A DNA stretch of 64,000 nt, from contig JAFGEW010000061.1 of NCBI GenBank assembly GCA_016931415.1, positions 20,110 to 84,109 on the forward strand, in the 5' to 3' direction. Shown in pieces: positions 1-11,300 of this stretch (positions are counted from its first letter, which is position 1; every line of letters begins with the position of its first letter). This DNA is from Verrucomicrobiota bacterium. GTDB taxonomy: Bacteria; Auribacterota; JABMQX01; JAFGEW01. The translations under genes and the position numbers were made by a program. Under the pieces are notes generated by a model. It did not search any database. It saw only the letters and a list, made by a program, of their open reading frames with translations, and was not told where the DNA came from.

Positions 1-1
1 C

Positions 2-484
2 GGGCCGGGCGATCCCGAGCGTTTCTTCATGATCTACAAGCGCGTGGCCAAGGGACGCTTTCTCATTTTCGGCGACGGTTCGACGACCTACCACCCGCTC
101 TACATCGACAACCTGATCGACGCCTTCGAGCTCGCATCGGAGGTTGACGCCGCCAGAGGCCAGGCATACCTCATCGCCGACGAGGAGCACGTGCCGATCA
201 AGCAGCTTGTGCTTGGCATCGCCGAGGCGCTTGGCGTCAAGTGCCGTGTCACCCACCTTCCGTTCTGGACCATCTACGTGCCGGCTCTCCTGTGCGAGGT
301 TGTGTTCAAGCTACTGCCGTGGGAGCCGCCGCTGTTCCGGCGCCGGGTGGACTGGTTCCGGCAGAACCGCGCGTTCGACATCTCGAAGGCCAAGCGCGAG
401 CTCGGCTACCGGCCGCGCGTCGACCTGCCCACGGGGCTGAAGCGCACGGCCGAGTGGTACCGCGAGAAGGGCTACCTGAAGTAA
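2..484 (+). CDS. NAD-dependent epimerase/dehydratase (extended SDR) family protein, C-terminal part; 5' end lies outside the window
   Basis: The frame is open from the window edge, in the same frame as ORF 29..484. The sequence ...GDPERFFMIYKRVAKGRFLIFGDGSTTYHPLYIDNLIDAF...AFDISKAKRELGYRPRV...WY follows the usual C-terminal pattern of sugar epimerases and 3beta-HSD-like SDRs. GC3 is high. Confidence 0.75.
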   Translation, partial: GPGDPERFFMIYKRVAKGRFLIFGDGSTTYHPLYIDNLIDAFELASEVDAARGQAYLIADEEHVPIKQLVLGIAEALGVKCRVTHLPFWTIYVPALLCEVVFKLLPWEPPLFRRRVDWFRQNRAFDISKAKRELGYRPRVDLPTGLKRTAEWYREKGYLK

Positions 485-649
485 GCACGGCGGTCGCCAC
501 GGACGCGGGCGCCTTGGCAGAAAGCGCTTGCGCGAGGCGGCCGATTCTGGCAGCGTTTGTGCTGCACACGGCCTGCGGGCCGACGTGGGCGTGTGCCCAG
601 GAGAGACTGACCCACATAGTGGACAGGGGATAGCTGAGGGAGCTTTCCG

Positions 650-1090
650 ATGCGGCGTGCAAGTGCTCTGATCTTCGCGGTTGTGGTGGCGGGTTTTGGC
701 ACCGTGTGCGGCTGCGGTGGCGGCGACGACGACAGCAATACTCTGAGCGGCGGGACGCCCGCCTACATCGTCGGCACGTGGACCGGCACAATGACCCACC
801 GCATTATTGACTACAACCACGGCACCGACGTGACCACAACGTACGGCATCGTGTTCTACATCCTGTCGCAGGATGGCACCCGGGTCAGCGGCAAGCTGCA
901 GCTCAAGGACAGCACACACGTCGGCGATCTGAGGGGCGTGATGGACGGCAACCACTTCACCGGCGTGCGAACGGGCCTGCACACGGTGCAGATCGAGTTC
1001 ACCGTCAACGGCAGCTCGCTGACCGGCACGTTCCGATTTGCGGGCGACGGCCTCGACGAGTGGGGCGACTACACCTGCACGAAGCAGTAG
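650..1090 (+). CDS. Secreted protein or possible lipoprotein, unknown function
   Basis: ATG start with a GAGGGA SD about 9 nt upstream. The N-terminal signal peptide is MRRASALIFAVVVAGFGTVCGCGG, with a possible lipobox Cys. I recognise no family. Confidence 0.6.
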   Translation: MRRASALIFAVVVAGFGTVCGCGGGDDDSNTLSGGTPAYIVGTWTGTMTHRIIDYNHGTDVTTTYGIVFYILSQDGTRVSGKLQLKDSTHVGDLRGVMDGNHFTGVRTGLHTVQIEFTVNGSSLTGTFRFAGDGLDEWGDYTCTKQ

Positions 1091-1247
1091 GGCCGTGTCG
1101 CGCGGCGCACGCGCATGCGAGGCCTGCGCGCATACCGAGCGCACACTGAAGGGCAAGTCGTTCACTTGCCCTATTCTTCTGCTTGATACGAACGCGCACG
1201 CGGCGCCCACGGGCAGACGGTGACACGGACCGCGCGCGGGGATCCAG

Positions 1248-3014
1248 ATGACGGAGCACGACACCACCTCAACGCAACCGCAGCGGCCCGCGTGGCGCGT
1301 CTGGCTCACGCGCCGGCACGCGTTCATCGTTGTGCTGCTGCTCATCGTGTTGTTCGTCCAGGCGGCGATCAGTGCGTGGCAGAACTCCGTCACCGTGGAC
1401 GAGTTCGCTCATCTGCCAGCGGGGTACATGTACTGGGCCAAGGGCAGCTTCGACATCTACCACCGCAACCCGCCGCTTGCGAAGCTCTGGGCCGCCCTGC
1501 CCCTGTTCCGCAGCAGCATGGACCGCGCCTTCATGAAGCAGAGCTTCATCTGGTCGGTGTCGTTCGAGTTCATGTACCGCAACGAGGCCGTGTACCGCAC
1601 GCTGTTCTGGCGCGCGCGGATCATGATTGCGTTGCTTTCGGTCGGTCTCGGATATCTCGTGTTCCGTTGGAGCCGCGAGCTGTTCGGCATCGCCGGCGGG
1701 CTGTTGTCGCTCGCCGTCTACGCGCTGAGCCCGAACGTCATCACGCACTCGAGCATCGTGAGCACCGACCTCGGCGCGGCGGCCACGTTCACCCTTGCCT
1801 GCTATGCGCTCTACCGGCTTGCCGCGAAGTGGACGGTCTGGCATCTCGTGTTCGCCGGCGTCACCGTTGGGTTGGCGATCCTCACCAAGTTCACCGGCCT
1901 CATGTTGCTGTTCGTGGCGCCCCTGGTGCTCGTGCTCGTTGCGCTGCTCGGGCGACGCGAGCCGGAGCTCGAGGCCGCACCGTGGAGGACGCACCTCGTC
2001 CGCGGCCTGATCACGCTCGGCGTCATCGTCGTGGCGAGCGTAATCATCGTCAATGCCGGCTACGCCTTCCGGGGCACGCTGCAGCCGTGGAGCGCGTACG
2101 CCGACGAATACGGCATCATCGGCGCGCTCGGAGAGTCGTTCCTCGCGCCGCTGGCGGCGCCGTTTCCCGAGGCGTTTGTGCGTGGGCTGGCCGAACAGCG
2201 TGCCGCCTCGGTCGAGGAGCAGTTCCAGTTTCTCTGGGGCACCGCGTCCGATCACGGCTGGTGGACCTACTACGCCGCCGCGTTCCTGCTCAAGGTCCCC
2301 ATCGCCACGATGGGCCTGCTCGTGCTTGCAGTCTATGCCGGGATGCGGCGCTTTGACCGGCGTGCGTTCATTTTTCTCGTCGTGCCCGCGCTGTTCTTCT
2401 TCCTCGTGTTCTCGTTCGGCACGCGCGTCAACATGGGCATCCGCTACATGCTGCCCGCGTTGACGCTTATGTTCATCTTGTTCGGCGCCATCGCGCGCGA
2501 CGATGCGCCGGCGCCGCTGTGGCGGCCCGCGTTCCTCCTCATGCCGGCACTCCTCGTCGTCTGGCTTGCCGTCGAAGCGGCGATCACGTGCCCGCAGTAC
2601 CTCGCCTACTTCAACGAGTTCGCCGGCGGCCACGGAGAACGTTATCTCATCGACTCGAACTGCGATTGCAGCCAAGACCACATCCGCCTGCGCCGCTATC
2701 TCGAACGCCACGGCATCGAAGAGCCGTACCTCGCCACGTTCGGCCGCGTCGACGCGAAGGTCTACGGCGTCGCCTACAAGCCGCTTGAACCGAACACGCC
2801 GGTGACCGGCGACGTGTTCATCAGTATCAACCTGTACAGCGGCTATCCCTACCTCACGCCGAACAACGGCGGCCACCCGATCCGCGTGCCGCGCGACGGC
2901 TACGCCTGGCTGCACGACCACAAGCCGCTCGGCAAGGTAGGCGGCTCCCTCTACCATTTCCGCATCGAGCCCGAACTCGACGCGCCCGGCCGAGACGCCA
3001 ACACCCATGGCTGA
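1248..3014 (+). CDS. GT-C fold glycosyltransferase (GT39/GT83, ArnT/PMT-like) polytopic membrane protein
   Basis: 588 aa with many hydrophobic helices. The first-loop motifs TVDEFAHLPAGYMYW and NPPLAKLW resemble the acidic loop of ArnT/PMT-type enzymes. The gene overlaps the next one by 8 nt. Confidence 0.8.
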   Translation: MTEHDTTSTQPQRPAWRVWLTRRHAFIVVLLLIVLFVQAAISAWQNSVTVDEFAHLPAGYMYWAKGSFDIYHRNPPLAKLWAALPLFRSSMDRAFMKQSFIWSVSFEFMYRNEAVYRTLFWRARIMIALLSVGLGYLVFRWSRELFGIAGGLLSLAVYALSPNVITHSSIVSTDLGAAATFTLACYALYRLAAKWTVWHLVFAGVTVGLAILTKFTGLMLLFVAPLVLVLVALLGRREPELEAAPWRTHLVRGLITLGVIVVASVIIVNAGYAFRGTLQPWSAYADEYGIIGALGESFLAPLAAPFPEAFVRGLAEQRAASVEEQFQFLWGTASDHGWWTYYAAAFLLKVPIATMGLLVLAVYAGMRRFDRRAFIFLVVPALFFFLVFSFGTRVNMGIRYMLPALTLMFILFGAIARDDAPAPLWRPAFLLMPALLVVWLAVEAAITCPQYLAYFNEFAGGHGERYLIDSNCDCSQDHIRLRRYLERHGIEEPYLATFGRVDAKVYGVAYKPLEPNTPVTGDVFISINLYSGYPYLTPNNGGHPIRVPRDGYAWLHDHKPLGKVGGSLYHFRIEPELDAPGRDANTHG

Positions 3015-5328
3015 ACTCGACGAGCCCCACGCTGATCAGCACAAGGAGGCGCGCGCAGCGGCCGAACGCGAGAGAACCGAACTGCGCCAGCGGCAGATGC
3101 GGCTCCAGCGCGAAGCGATCCGCAGCGCGGGCATCATCCTGCTGCTCGTGCCGGTGCTCGTCGTGCTGCTCTTCGCCACGCTGTGGCCGTGGCCCGCGTG
3201 GTTCGCCTCGGAGCTGCCCGCCGGCGCCGACGCTGCACGTGACGCCTGGCGCCTGTGCTGGCGCGCGCAACGCCTCGCCGAGGGCCGCGTGCTCCCAGCC
3301 TGGACCGCGCCGATGTACTACCCGCGCGCGGGCACCGCGTGCTTCGATGAGCCGCTGGTCGTCCCGGCATTGATCAGCCTCCCGGCGTACTACGCGACCG
3401 AGAACGCGGCACTGACGTACAATGCGACGCTCCTCGCGTTCTGGGTGCTTTCCGGCATCGGCATGTACCTGTTCCTCCGCGAGCTCGGCGTCGGACGCAT
3501 GGCGTGCGCCTTCGGCTCGATCGCATTTGTGCTCCTGCCGCTTCGCACGGCGCACCCGGGCGACCTGAGCCTGCACCTGTGCGCCGGCGTGCCGTTCGCG
3601 CTCATGCTCGTCACGCGCTGGCTGCGCACGCAGGAGCGGCGCTGGGCGTTTCTGCTCGCACTCGTCGTGTGCGCCCAGGGGATGGCCGTCGTCGGCACCG
3701 CGCTCGCGCTGGCCGTTGCGGTGCCCATGGTCATGCTCGTCGCGCTGGCGCGCCGGCGCCCGACCCCGTTCTTCGACCGCCCCCTCTACACCAGCGTCGG
3801 CATGATCGTCCTCATACCATTCGTTGTGCTCGCTGCATTTCTCGATCCGGTCGCCGCGCATCGAGCAGCGGATGAACGCCCCGCCGCCGACCAGCCCAAC
3901 GACGACGGCCTGCACCCCCTCGCCTACCTCAGCCCGGACGAGGGAAGCCTCGTTGATGCGTTCGCTTTACCAGGAGGCGCACAAGGCAAGAGCCTGTTCC
4001 CGGGCGTGGCCGTGCTCCTGCTTGCGCTCGCCTACGCCTTCTTCCAGCGCCAGATGCTGCGCCGCGTGCCGCCCGAGAGGCGCGTCCGTCAGACCATCAT
4101 CACCGTCCTCGGACTCGCGCGACTCTCGCTGTGGCTCGTCCTGGTTGTCGTTGTGGTCGGCAGCGCGGTGTCGCCGGGCGCATGGGAATCGCCGGCGCGC
4201 CTCATCGGCCCCATGCTTGTCGGGCTGCTCGTGCTTACCCTGCTGCTGGCGTTCCTCGCGTGGCGGCGGCCACGTGCCCTTGGCACCGCGCTCATGCACG
4301 GACTCGGCCTGGCGGCACTTGTCTGCTTCATCCTCAGCCTTGGCGCGGAGATCGCGCCGAGCGTCGCGTCGCCCCTGCCCCAGGCTGGCGACGCCAGCCA
4401 GCTTCTCGCGACACTTGTGCCGCCGGCGCGGTTCGCCATCGTGCCCATCGTCTTTCTCGTCACGGCGGCCGCGTGGATTCTCGACGAACTCGCTGCACAC
4501 CGCCGGTTCCGGTGGCTGCCGGTGCCCGTGCTGCTGCTCGTCTGCGCCGAGTCCCTTGTGCTTCCCAACGCGTTCCAGCCGGGCCGGCCCGACGAGCATT
4601 GGCCCCTCGGCGGACAAGTCCAGCTCGATCCGGGCCGCTTCACGCTGTTCGCGCTTCCCGGCGGCAACGTTGAGACTGATGCGCGCTGGCTGCTCAATTC
4701 GGTCGGTCGTTTCGATCTGCTCGTCAACGGCTCGTCGAGCGTCGAGCCCGCCTGGTACCGCGAGCTTGTCGACACGTTTGAGCGCGGCGACTTCGAGTCG
4801 GCGTCGGCCCTGCTGCAGGAGCTCTGGCCAACGCCCTATCTGCTCATCGACCGCGAGACGCTGCCCGAGCACGGGCACACGTTTCCCCTTGACGCGGCGC
4901 GCATCGAGAAAGAATGGTGGAGCGTATTCGACGACGGCCGCTACGTGCTCTACGAACCGGCGCTCAAACCGACAGCACCACCGGTCATCCGCAAGCGGGT
5001 TCGCGCTGACCTTGCGCGTACGCACCGGCTGCTGCGCCTCAAGGCGCGCGTGAAGTTCGCCGATCCCGAGCTCGAACCGTACGTCGTCGTGAGATGGAAC
5101 GGCCAGGGCGGCGACCAACCGTTCGCGCTCACTTCGACGTTTCAGGCGCTCGACTTCGATGCGCGCGAGCGCTGGGTCGGACGGCCCGAGGGCGACGTGG
5201 TGACGATCGCGCTCGTCCTCAAGCAGGGCGATGAGTTCGTTCCGCCCACGGAGGCGCTCGCGGCCCGAGGGATCGTAGACGCATGGGAAGTGGTCGACGT
5301 CGAGTTTTTCAGAGTCACCCGTCGTTGA
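3007..5328 (+). CDS. Large polytopic membrane protein, putative GT-C-like glycosyltransferase (paralogue of 61605..63920)
   Basis: 773 aa. The ATG overlaps the upstream stop (ATGGCTGA). A multi-TM N-terminal half is followed by a soluble C-terminal domain. LTYNATLLAFWVLSGIGMYLFLRELG is clearly paralogous to LTWNATMLFFWALSGVIMYLLLREL in 61605..63920. Confidence 0.7.
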   Translation: MAELDEPHADQHKEARAAAERERTELRQRQMRLQREAIRSAGIILLLVPVLVVLLFATLWPWPAWFASELPAGADAARDAWRLCWRAQRLAEGRVLPAWTAPMYYPRAGTACFDEPLVVPALISLPAYYATENAALTYNATLLAFWVLSGIGMYLFLRELGVGRMACAFGSIAFVLLPLRTAHPGDLSLHLCAGVPFALMLVTRWLRTQERRWAFLLALVVCAQGMAVVGTALALAVAVPMVMLVALARRRPTPFFDRPLYTSVGMIVLIPFVVLAAFLDPVAAHRAADERPAADQPNDDGLHPLAYLSPDEGSLVDAFALPGGAQGKSLFPGVAVLLLALAYAFFQRQMLRRVPPERRVRQTIITVLGLARLSLWLVLVVVVVGSAVSPGAWESPARLIGPMLVGLLVLTLLLAFLAWRRPRALGTALMHGLGLAALVCFILSLGAEIAPSVASPLPQAGDASQLLATLVPPARFAIVPIVFLVTAAAWILDELAAHRRFRWLPVPVLLLVCAESLVLPNAFQPGRPDEHWPLGGQVQLDPGRFTLFALPGGNVETDARWLLNSVGRFDLLVNGSSSVEPAWYRELVDTFERGDFESASALLQELWPTPYLLIDRETLPEHGHTFPLDAARIEKEWWSVFDDGRYVLYEPALKPTAPPVIRKRVRADLARTHRLLRLKARVKFADPELEPYVVVRWNGQGGDQPFALTSTFQALDFDARERWVGRPEGDVVTIALVLKQGDEFVPPTEALAARGIVDAWEVVDVEFFRVTRR

Positions 5329-5331
5329 CCG

Positions 5332-8300
5332 GTGGTGAGAAGCGTGACTGACAGCAAGAGCCGATTCCTGCACTGGAGCGTGCCGCTCGCCCTCGTGCTT
5401 GTCGGGCTGGCGCTCGGCCTTGTCACGAGCTGGCCTCTGCCGAAGCACTTCGCGACGGCTGTGCCCTATACGATGTCGGCCGCGCCCGATGCGCGTACGA
5501 TCGGCATGATCGAGGGCGATCACCTCCAGTACATCTACCACCTCGGCCAGCCTCGACTCGCCGTCGAGGGACGCGCGCCCTGGTTCCGCAACACATACGA
5601 GTTCGCCGGCCCGTACGGTTTCAGGGAGTTCTACGTCTACTTCCCGACGGCGCTGCTCTACTGGCCGCTCTCATACGTAAGCGACGCGTTCGCGTTCAAT
5701 GCGATCATCCTGCTGTCATTCGTCGGGTCCATGATCGCCGGCTACGGCCTGGCACGCGTCTGGGGCGCCAGCCGCCTGGGCGCCTTTTGTGCCGGCGTCG
5801 TGCTTACGCTCTTTCCCGCGCGACTTGCGGCGCTCTACGGGGGCCATCCCGGGGGCTCGGCTTTCTTTCTCTTCGCGATGGCGCTCTGGGGATTTGAGAA
5901 GAGCTGGGATCGCGGTCGTACCGGATGGAAATGGCTCGCGGCCTTGTCGCTCGTGTTGCTCGCGCGCCTCGACCCGCACTACCTCTTCTACCTCTGCTTC
6001 CTGCTGCCGTTCTGGGCGTTCTGGAAGCTCGCCGAGGCGGGTGCGTTTGCGCACCACGACAGCACGCCGCCGTCGAGAAAGAGGCGCGCGATCGACGCGC
6101 TTCCGGCGTTTGTCGCCGCGCTGATTGCCGCCGGTTCGGTCCATTTCAACCAGATCCGTCTCCACGTCATCGAAGGCTTCGGGCCACAGATTATCGCGCT
6201 CGCCGCGTTCTTCGTGTTCGTCGTGCTGGCAATGCGCTGGATCATCGCCCGCGTCGTGGATTGGCTCGGCGTCACCGATGAATCGTTCCGGCGCCTGTGG
6301 TTCACCGTGCCCTGGTTCGCGCTGTGGCTCCTTGCGTTCTACTTCCTGGCCGGCTACGTCGAGAAACCGCAGTTCGGCCTCCGGCTCGTGCGCGCTTGCG
6401 TCGGCCTGTTCGTCCTCGCGCAGGCCATCTTCCTCGTTGTGGCTGCAGAGCGCAGGCTGCTCTGTCCGGGCCGAATCGAGATCCCGTGGCGTCGCATCGT
6501 TGGGATGTGGCCCGTGTTTGCCGGGCTCGCCCTCGCCGTCGCGTACGCCATGTACCTCAAGCTCGCCGTCTTCGACGTGAGCGGCGTCAAGGGCGGCCGC
6601 ACCCTTCACGAGGTGCGGTTGTTCTCCGTGCCATTCGACAAGCTGTTCGCCCACACGCCGGGCAACGAGGCGTTCGTCGGGTGGATCCCGCTGCTTGTCG
6701 TCGTGGTGTTCGCCGTGGGGATCGGATTGCATCGAACGGTTTCGCTGGCTGAGCATCAGTCCCGTCGGCGATTCTGGATCGCCTCAGCCCTGTACTTCCT
6801 CGGGCTGCTGCTCACGTGCGGACCGTTGGTGAGCGCGTACTTCCCGCTGTACGAGTCACTCTACCGACTCGTTCCGTTTTTCAGCTTCACGCGCGCGACA
6901 ATGAAGTACGCCGTTTTCACGGCGACGTTCGGCGCCGTGGCAACGGGCTTGGCGCTCACGTTCGGCTCCAGGCCCAGTCGCAGGAGCCGTTTCAGCCGCG
7001 TCTTGAACGTGGCCTGGCCAACAGGCATCACCCTGGGTGTAGTGCTCGCTTCTGTCGTCGTTACGCGGGTCGGCGTCAGCATCCTGCCTCACGAGAACAA
7101 GGCGTACGCGCACGTCGCCGAGCACTCGCAGGGCGCGCCACTGCTCGAGTTGCCGATCTGGCCGGGTGACAGCGCCCACTCCGCCGTCTATCAGTACTGG
7201 ACGCTGCGTACACATGTACCGACGATCAACGGCTATTCGCCCACCGTGCCCGCCGGCTATATCGAGCACATCTCGTGGCCGCTCTACAATCTGAACTTCG
7301 GCCACTTCGGCCGGCGCGAGGTGACGCTGTGCAAGGAACTCGGCGTGCGCTTCATCAACTTCCACGAGGAGGTGTTCCCGCGACAGGTTTCGCCATTCCC
7401 CGCAACAACCTCGCTCAAGCTGCTTCGCCTCAATCCGAACCTCCGTCTCGTAATCGAAGACGGCCCCGTCCACCTCTTCGAGATTCTCGACGCGCCGGCG
7501 CAGGATGTCCCCATCGGGCATGCACCATTCCTCACGCGCTACGTGCCGCTCGACCAGCTCAAGAGGCAAGTCGGCCGCCTGATCGAGGACAACGAGGCAC
7601 AGGACGGGCAAGCGCTCATCTCAGACGGGCGCGAGGGCCAGCTCTTCTATGGGCCGTTTGCCGTGCTGCCGGGCGGGGACTACGTCGCCCTCTTCCGCAT
7701 CAAAGCGCACGCGTTCAAGCCCACTGACGAGATCGGCGTGCTCGACGTTTACGCGAAGCGCGACAAGACCCCGCCGCCCGCCGGACCGCTCGTGGTGCTC
7801 AAGCTCACCGGCGCCGATTGGCAAGAGGCGGACGGCTATCGTCTCGTCGAGGTGCCATTCTCGCTCGACGGCGCGCAGGTCGTCGAAACGCGCGGCTGGT
7901 TCTCCGGCACGCCCGGCGCGTCACTCGCCCTCGACTACGTCTTCATTCAGAGTGCACCACGCGGCAACACGATCCGCCTCGAAGCCGAGGAGTTCTTCCA
8001 CGCCCCCGCCCGGCTCGTGGAAGCACACGATGCGTCTCAGGGCCTTCTTCTCGAGTTTGACGAACAGGCGGAGACCGGTCAGGCTGCCCTGGAAGAGCGA
8101 TTCGTGCTTCTTGACGCGCAGACGTATTCCATGACATACGGGACCGCAGGTCTCGCCGACCGCCGTTTGTTGGGGGACTTCCAGATCCGACGAGCAGGCG
8201 GCGATGCCCTTGCCTGCGACGCCAAGGAGGCAACGTTCGAGGTCGAGCAACGTGCTGTCTACACCATCTCATTCCAGTCCGCCGGGCATCTCAAGCATCT

Positions 8301-8352
8301 CGACTACGTCGAGCTCATGCTTGTCGAAGCGCCTCAGCCGCCCGAGGAGTGA
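5332..8352 (+). CDS. Large polytopic membrane protein with soluble C-terminal domain, putative GT-C-like
   Basis: 1006 aa with a GTG start 3 nt after the upstream stop. About 600 aa are rich in TM helices (early loop GMIEGDHLQYIYHLG), followed by a roughly 400-aa soluble region. Coding-like GC3 throughout. Confidence 0.7.
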   Translation: MVRSVTDSKSRFLHWSVPLALVLVGLALGLVTSWPLPKHFATAVPYTMSAAPDARTIGMIEGDHLQYIYHLGQPRLAVEGRAPWFRNTYEFAGPYGFREFYVYFPTALLYWPLSYVSDAFAFNAIILLSFVGSMIAGYGLARVWGASRLGAFCAGVVLTLFPARLAALYGGHPGGSAFFLFAMALWGFEKSWDRGRTGWKWLAALSLVLLARLDPHYLFYLCFLLPFWAFWKLAEAGAFAHHDSTPPSRKRRAIDALPAFVAALIAAGSVHFNQIRLHVIEGFGPQIIALAAFFVFVVLAMRWIIARVVDWLGVTDESFRRLWFTVPWFALWLLAFYFLAGYVEKPQFGLRLVRACVGLFVLAQAIFLVVAAERRLLCPGRIEIPWRRIVGMWPVFAGLALAVAYAMYLKLAVFDVSGVKGGRTLHEVRLFSVPFDKLFAHTPGNEAFVGWIPLLVVVVFAVGIGLHRTVSLAEHQSRRRFWIASALYFLGLLLTCGPLVSAYFPLYESLYRLVPFFSFTRATMKYAVFTATFGAVATGLALTFGSRPSRRSRFSRVLNVAWPTGITLGVVLASVVVTRVGVSILPHENKAYAHVAEHSQGAPLLELPIWPGDSAHSAVYQYWTLRTHVPTINGYSPTVPAGYIEHISWPLYNLNFGHFGRREVTLCKELGVRFINFHEEVFPRQVSPFPATTSLKLLRLNPNLRLVIEDGPVHLFEILDAPAQDVPIGHAPFLTRYVPLDQLKRQVGRLIEDNEAQDGQALISDGREGQLFYGPFAVLPGGDYVALFRIKAHAFKPTDEIGVLDVYAKRDKTPPPAGPLVVLKLTGADWQEADGYRLVEVPFSLDGAQVVETRGWFSGTPGASLALDYVFIQSAPRGNTIRLEAEEFFHAPARLVEAHDASQGLLLEFDEQAETGQAALEERFVLLDAQTYSMTYGTAGLADRRLLGDFQIRRAGGDALACDAKEATFEVEQRAVYTISFQSAGHLKHLDYVELMLVEAPQPPEE

Positions 8353-11300
8353 ATCACGTCAATCCGGCCGATCTCGACAGCGTCGCGGTTGACAGGCAGG
8401 TCCGTTGTCGGCTTGAGACGCTTCCGGGTATTGCGCCAGTTCAATACGCCGAGGCGGATGATCATCTCACCGGAAGGGCAATCGGCGGATACGACAAACG
8501 TGTGCTCGTCGAGCAGGCGGCAGCGCGGCACATCCGTTGGCCCAAGCACTGGAAGGCGCACTGCATGATCGGCTTGGAACCGGATCGTCTCCTCGTCGAG
8601 GAAATGAACGAACACGGGGAGACGCGCTCCAGGCATGCTTCCCTCGAACTCCCACACGAGCTGGAGCGTCGCCCGCTCGCCCGCGACAAGCGTCGCCGGC
8701 TCGATCGAGTAGCCAACGAGCCTGACACTCCTCGAGAACCGGACCGGCGTCTCATGCTGTGGCGTGAGCTTCTCAAGTGTCGCTCGTGCTTCCGCATCGG
8801 TCGGCGCGAGTGTGTCGAGGTTGGCCGGGATTCCGGCAAAGGTCTCGAACGCGCGATGATAGTAGCGCCTCGCGCGTTCGGCATCTCCTTCGCGTTCAAG
8901 ACTCTCACCGCGCTGCTGGTACCACGCCGCCGTCGCGACACACGCCGTGCCGACAAGCGTGAAGCGGTCCCACTTAAGCCCGCCGAAGTCCGCGTACGCG
9001 CCCGGGCATGCCGTTACAGCAAGCGCGGTGTAATGCGGAAACTCGATGCGCTGCACTGACACCTCGCCGACCGTTGCCTCCTCGATCCGGCGCCCACATT
9101 CGTCCGCGTGCGCGTTCTCGACGACGATCGCGACGCCATCGCGAATTGAAACGGTCCGCGACACCATGGACTCCAGATGGAGCGAGTCGTAGTGCGGCAG
9201 TACGCCCGGCCGCGGCGGCGGGAGGCGCTCGATCCTGCGGCTCAGCCACTCATCGCAATAGGCGAATGTGACCCCGCACGCGGCCAGGGTCATGCTGATA
9301 TCGGCCGCCTCGTTCTCATCGGGCAAGCCCCGTTCGCCGGCCGGCGCGTAGAAATACGCCTCCTGGATGCCCCACTCCTCAATCTGCTTCTTGGGCGGCC
9401 GAAACCCGTCGAGCCTCAGATACCGCACCCGCACCGGTGAAAACCGGCATTCCATCGCCGGCAACTCCCCGCGATGGTAGAGCCGGTTGCCGGCGATGTA
9501 CGTGGACGCCTCTCGCGGTTTGACCGTTTCGACAGGCAGCCACGCCTCGTCGTCCTCTCGCGCACCCAGCGTGCCCATGATTTGCAGAGCGACCGGATAG
9601 TCCCACTCATGTTCGGCGACCAAGCGCAGGCCGCCGATCTCGACGGCCTCCCCGAAGTCCACGATGATCGTTCCCTTCGCGTCGAAGCGGTCGCAAACCC
9701 AGGTCTCCTCGTTCCGGTCGATCAGCCATTCGGCGCGGTCGGGGTTGAGCGACGCCGTTCCGTATGACACGCCCTTCGGCTCGACGACGCGCAACGTCTG
9801 CGTCGGCATCGCAAAGCCGTAGAACACCGCCTGCTTTGCGCCGACTATCGGCTCGGGCGCGGTCACGCCCAGTGTGCGCAGCGTCTCGCGGAACGCCGGA
9901 ATGCCGCCGGGGTGCTTGGCGATAGCCGTCTCGTCGGATGCTGCCGCGTCAACGGCGTACGGGTAGTAGCGCTCGCGATACGAATGGACGAAGATGGTTT
10001 TCTCGCGTGCAACAAACGTCAATGGGTGCCCCTCAAGGTCGTCGACCATGACGTAGCGCAGGCCGGCGCGTTCCACCTCGTTGACGAACGCCTCCATTTC
10101 GGCCATGCGACGCGCACCGGCGCCAGAGCCTTTGCCGTGGCCGACATGAATATGCGTGGCGATGTTGAAGGCGATCACTACGCCGGCGAGCACGCCGGCC
10201 GCCGTCGTGCTCCACATCCACCGCAACGCCAGCGGCGCGGCAAAGATCGCGCACACGCCGAGGTAGAACGGCACAAAGAAGCGCGGCCCGCGCGTCGCCG
10301 CCATCGGGCTCGGCAGGAACATCGCCGCGTAGACAAGCACGAACGCGAGCGGCACCAGCGTCGCCTTGAGCAACGGCGCGTACTTCGCGCGCGCACGTCT
10401 GCCGCGCACGCGTGCGCGACGGCCACGCACGGCACCCACGATGCCTACCACGAACGCGCCGACGAATCCCGCGGCCGCCAATGCATACGCCGCGATGCTG
10501 CCCGTTCTGCCCACCCCAAGCGGCGAGCCTTTGAAAAGCAGTTCTTCGACGTAGTAGGTGCCCACGAGCTCGACGTTCGTCTCGATGAGTCCCGAACGGT
10601 GCGCCCGGAAGCCGAACAGCGGTTTCACTCCGACTTGAAGAGCCGTCATGATGACGGGCGCAAGCGCCACGACAAGCACAACAGACGCGCCAAGAAGCTT
10701 GATGAGCAAGCCGCGTCTGAGATGCTCGCGCACGACGTGCGCCACAAGCAGCCCGAAGCCGATGACGAGGTAGGAGGCGCAGAGCGGGTTGTTCCAGATC
10801 GCGATTCCGGCGACCGCAGCCAGCCCGATGAGGCACCACGACTCCGTTCTTGGCGAGATGGGTCGCGCGTTGAGCCGAGCACCGAAGTAGACGATCAGCG
10901 TGCCGAATGCGAACGTCGTCGGGTACCCGAGCAACGGCACAACGGAGTACCACATCACGGTGAACGGCGCAAACGCCACCAGCGCAGCGGCGAGCACTCC
11001 GCCCCATCGCCCGACGAGCCGCCCGAACAGCAGATATGTCGCGAACACCCAGAGCAGCGCAAACGGCACCATCGCGAGGCACAGCGACTCCGGCGACATA
11101 CCGAACACGGCGAACATGAGCGCGCCGACGTACGCGCCGAGCGCCGCGACGTAGTGATACCCGTAGAAGTACAGGGGCGTTTCGCGTCCCTGCAGGATAT
11201 GCAGCGACATGAGCGCCGCCGTACCGTGGTCGTCCTTGAAGTAGTAGGCGCTGTGGATGAAGTCGACGCGGATGAGCAGCGCGCCCAGAAGCACGACGAC

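Noticed and set aside
1269-3008. A 579-aa ORF antisense to the GT-C gene. Similar long antisense or out-of-frame ORFs occur at 311..1393(-), 1220..2356(+), 2854..3915(-), 3967..5541(-) and 5716..6756(-).
   Set aside because: These are typical high-GC shadow ORFs. They have Arg/Gly/Asp/His-rich low-complexity translations, no SD and no recognisable motifs. The opposite or alternative frame carries a clear membrane-protein signature with high GC3.
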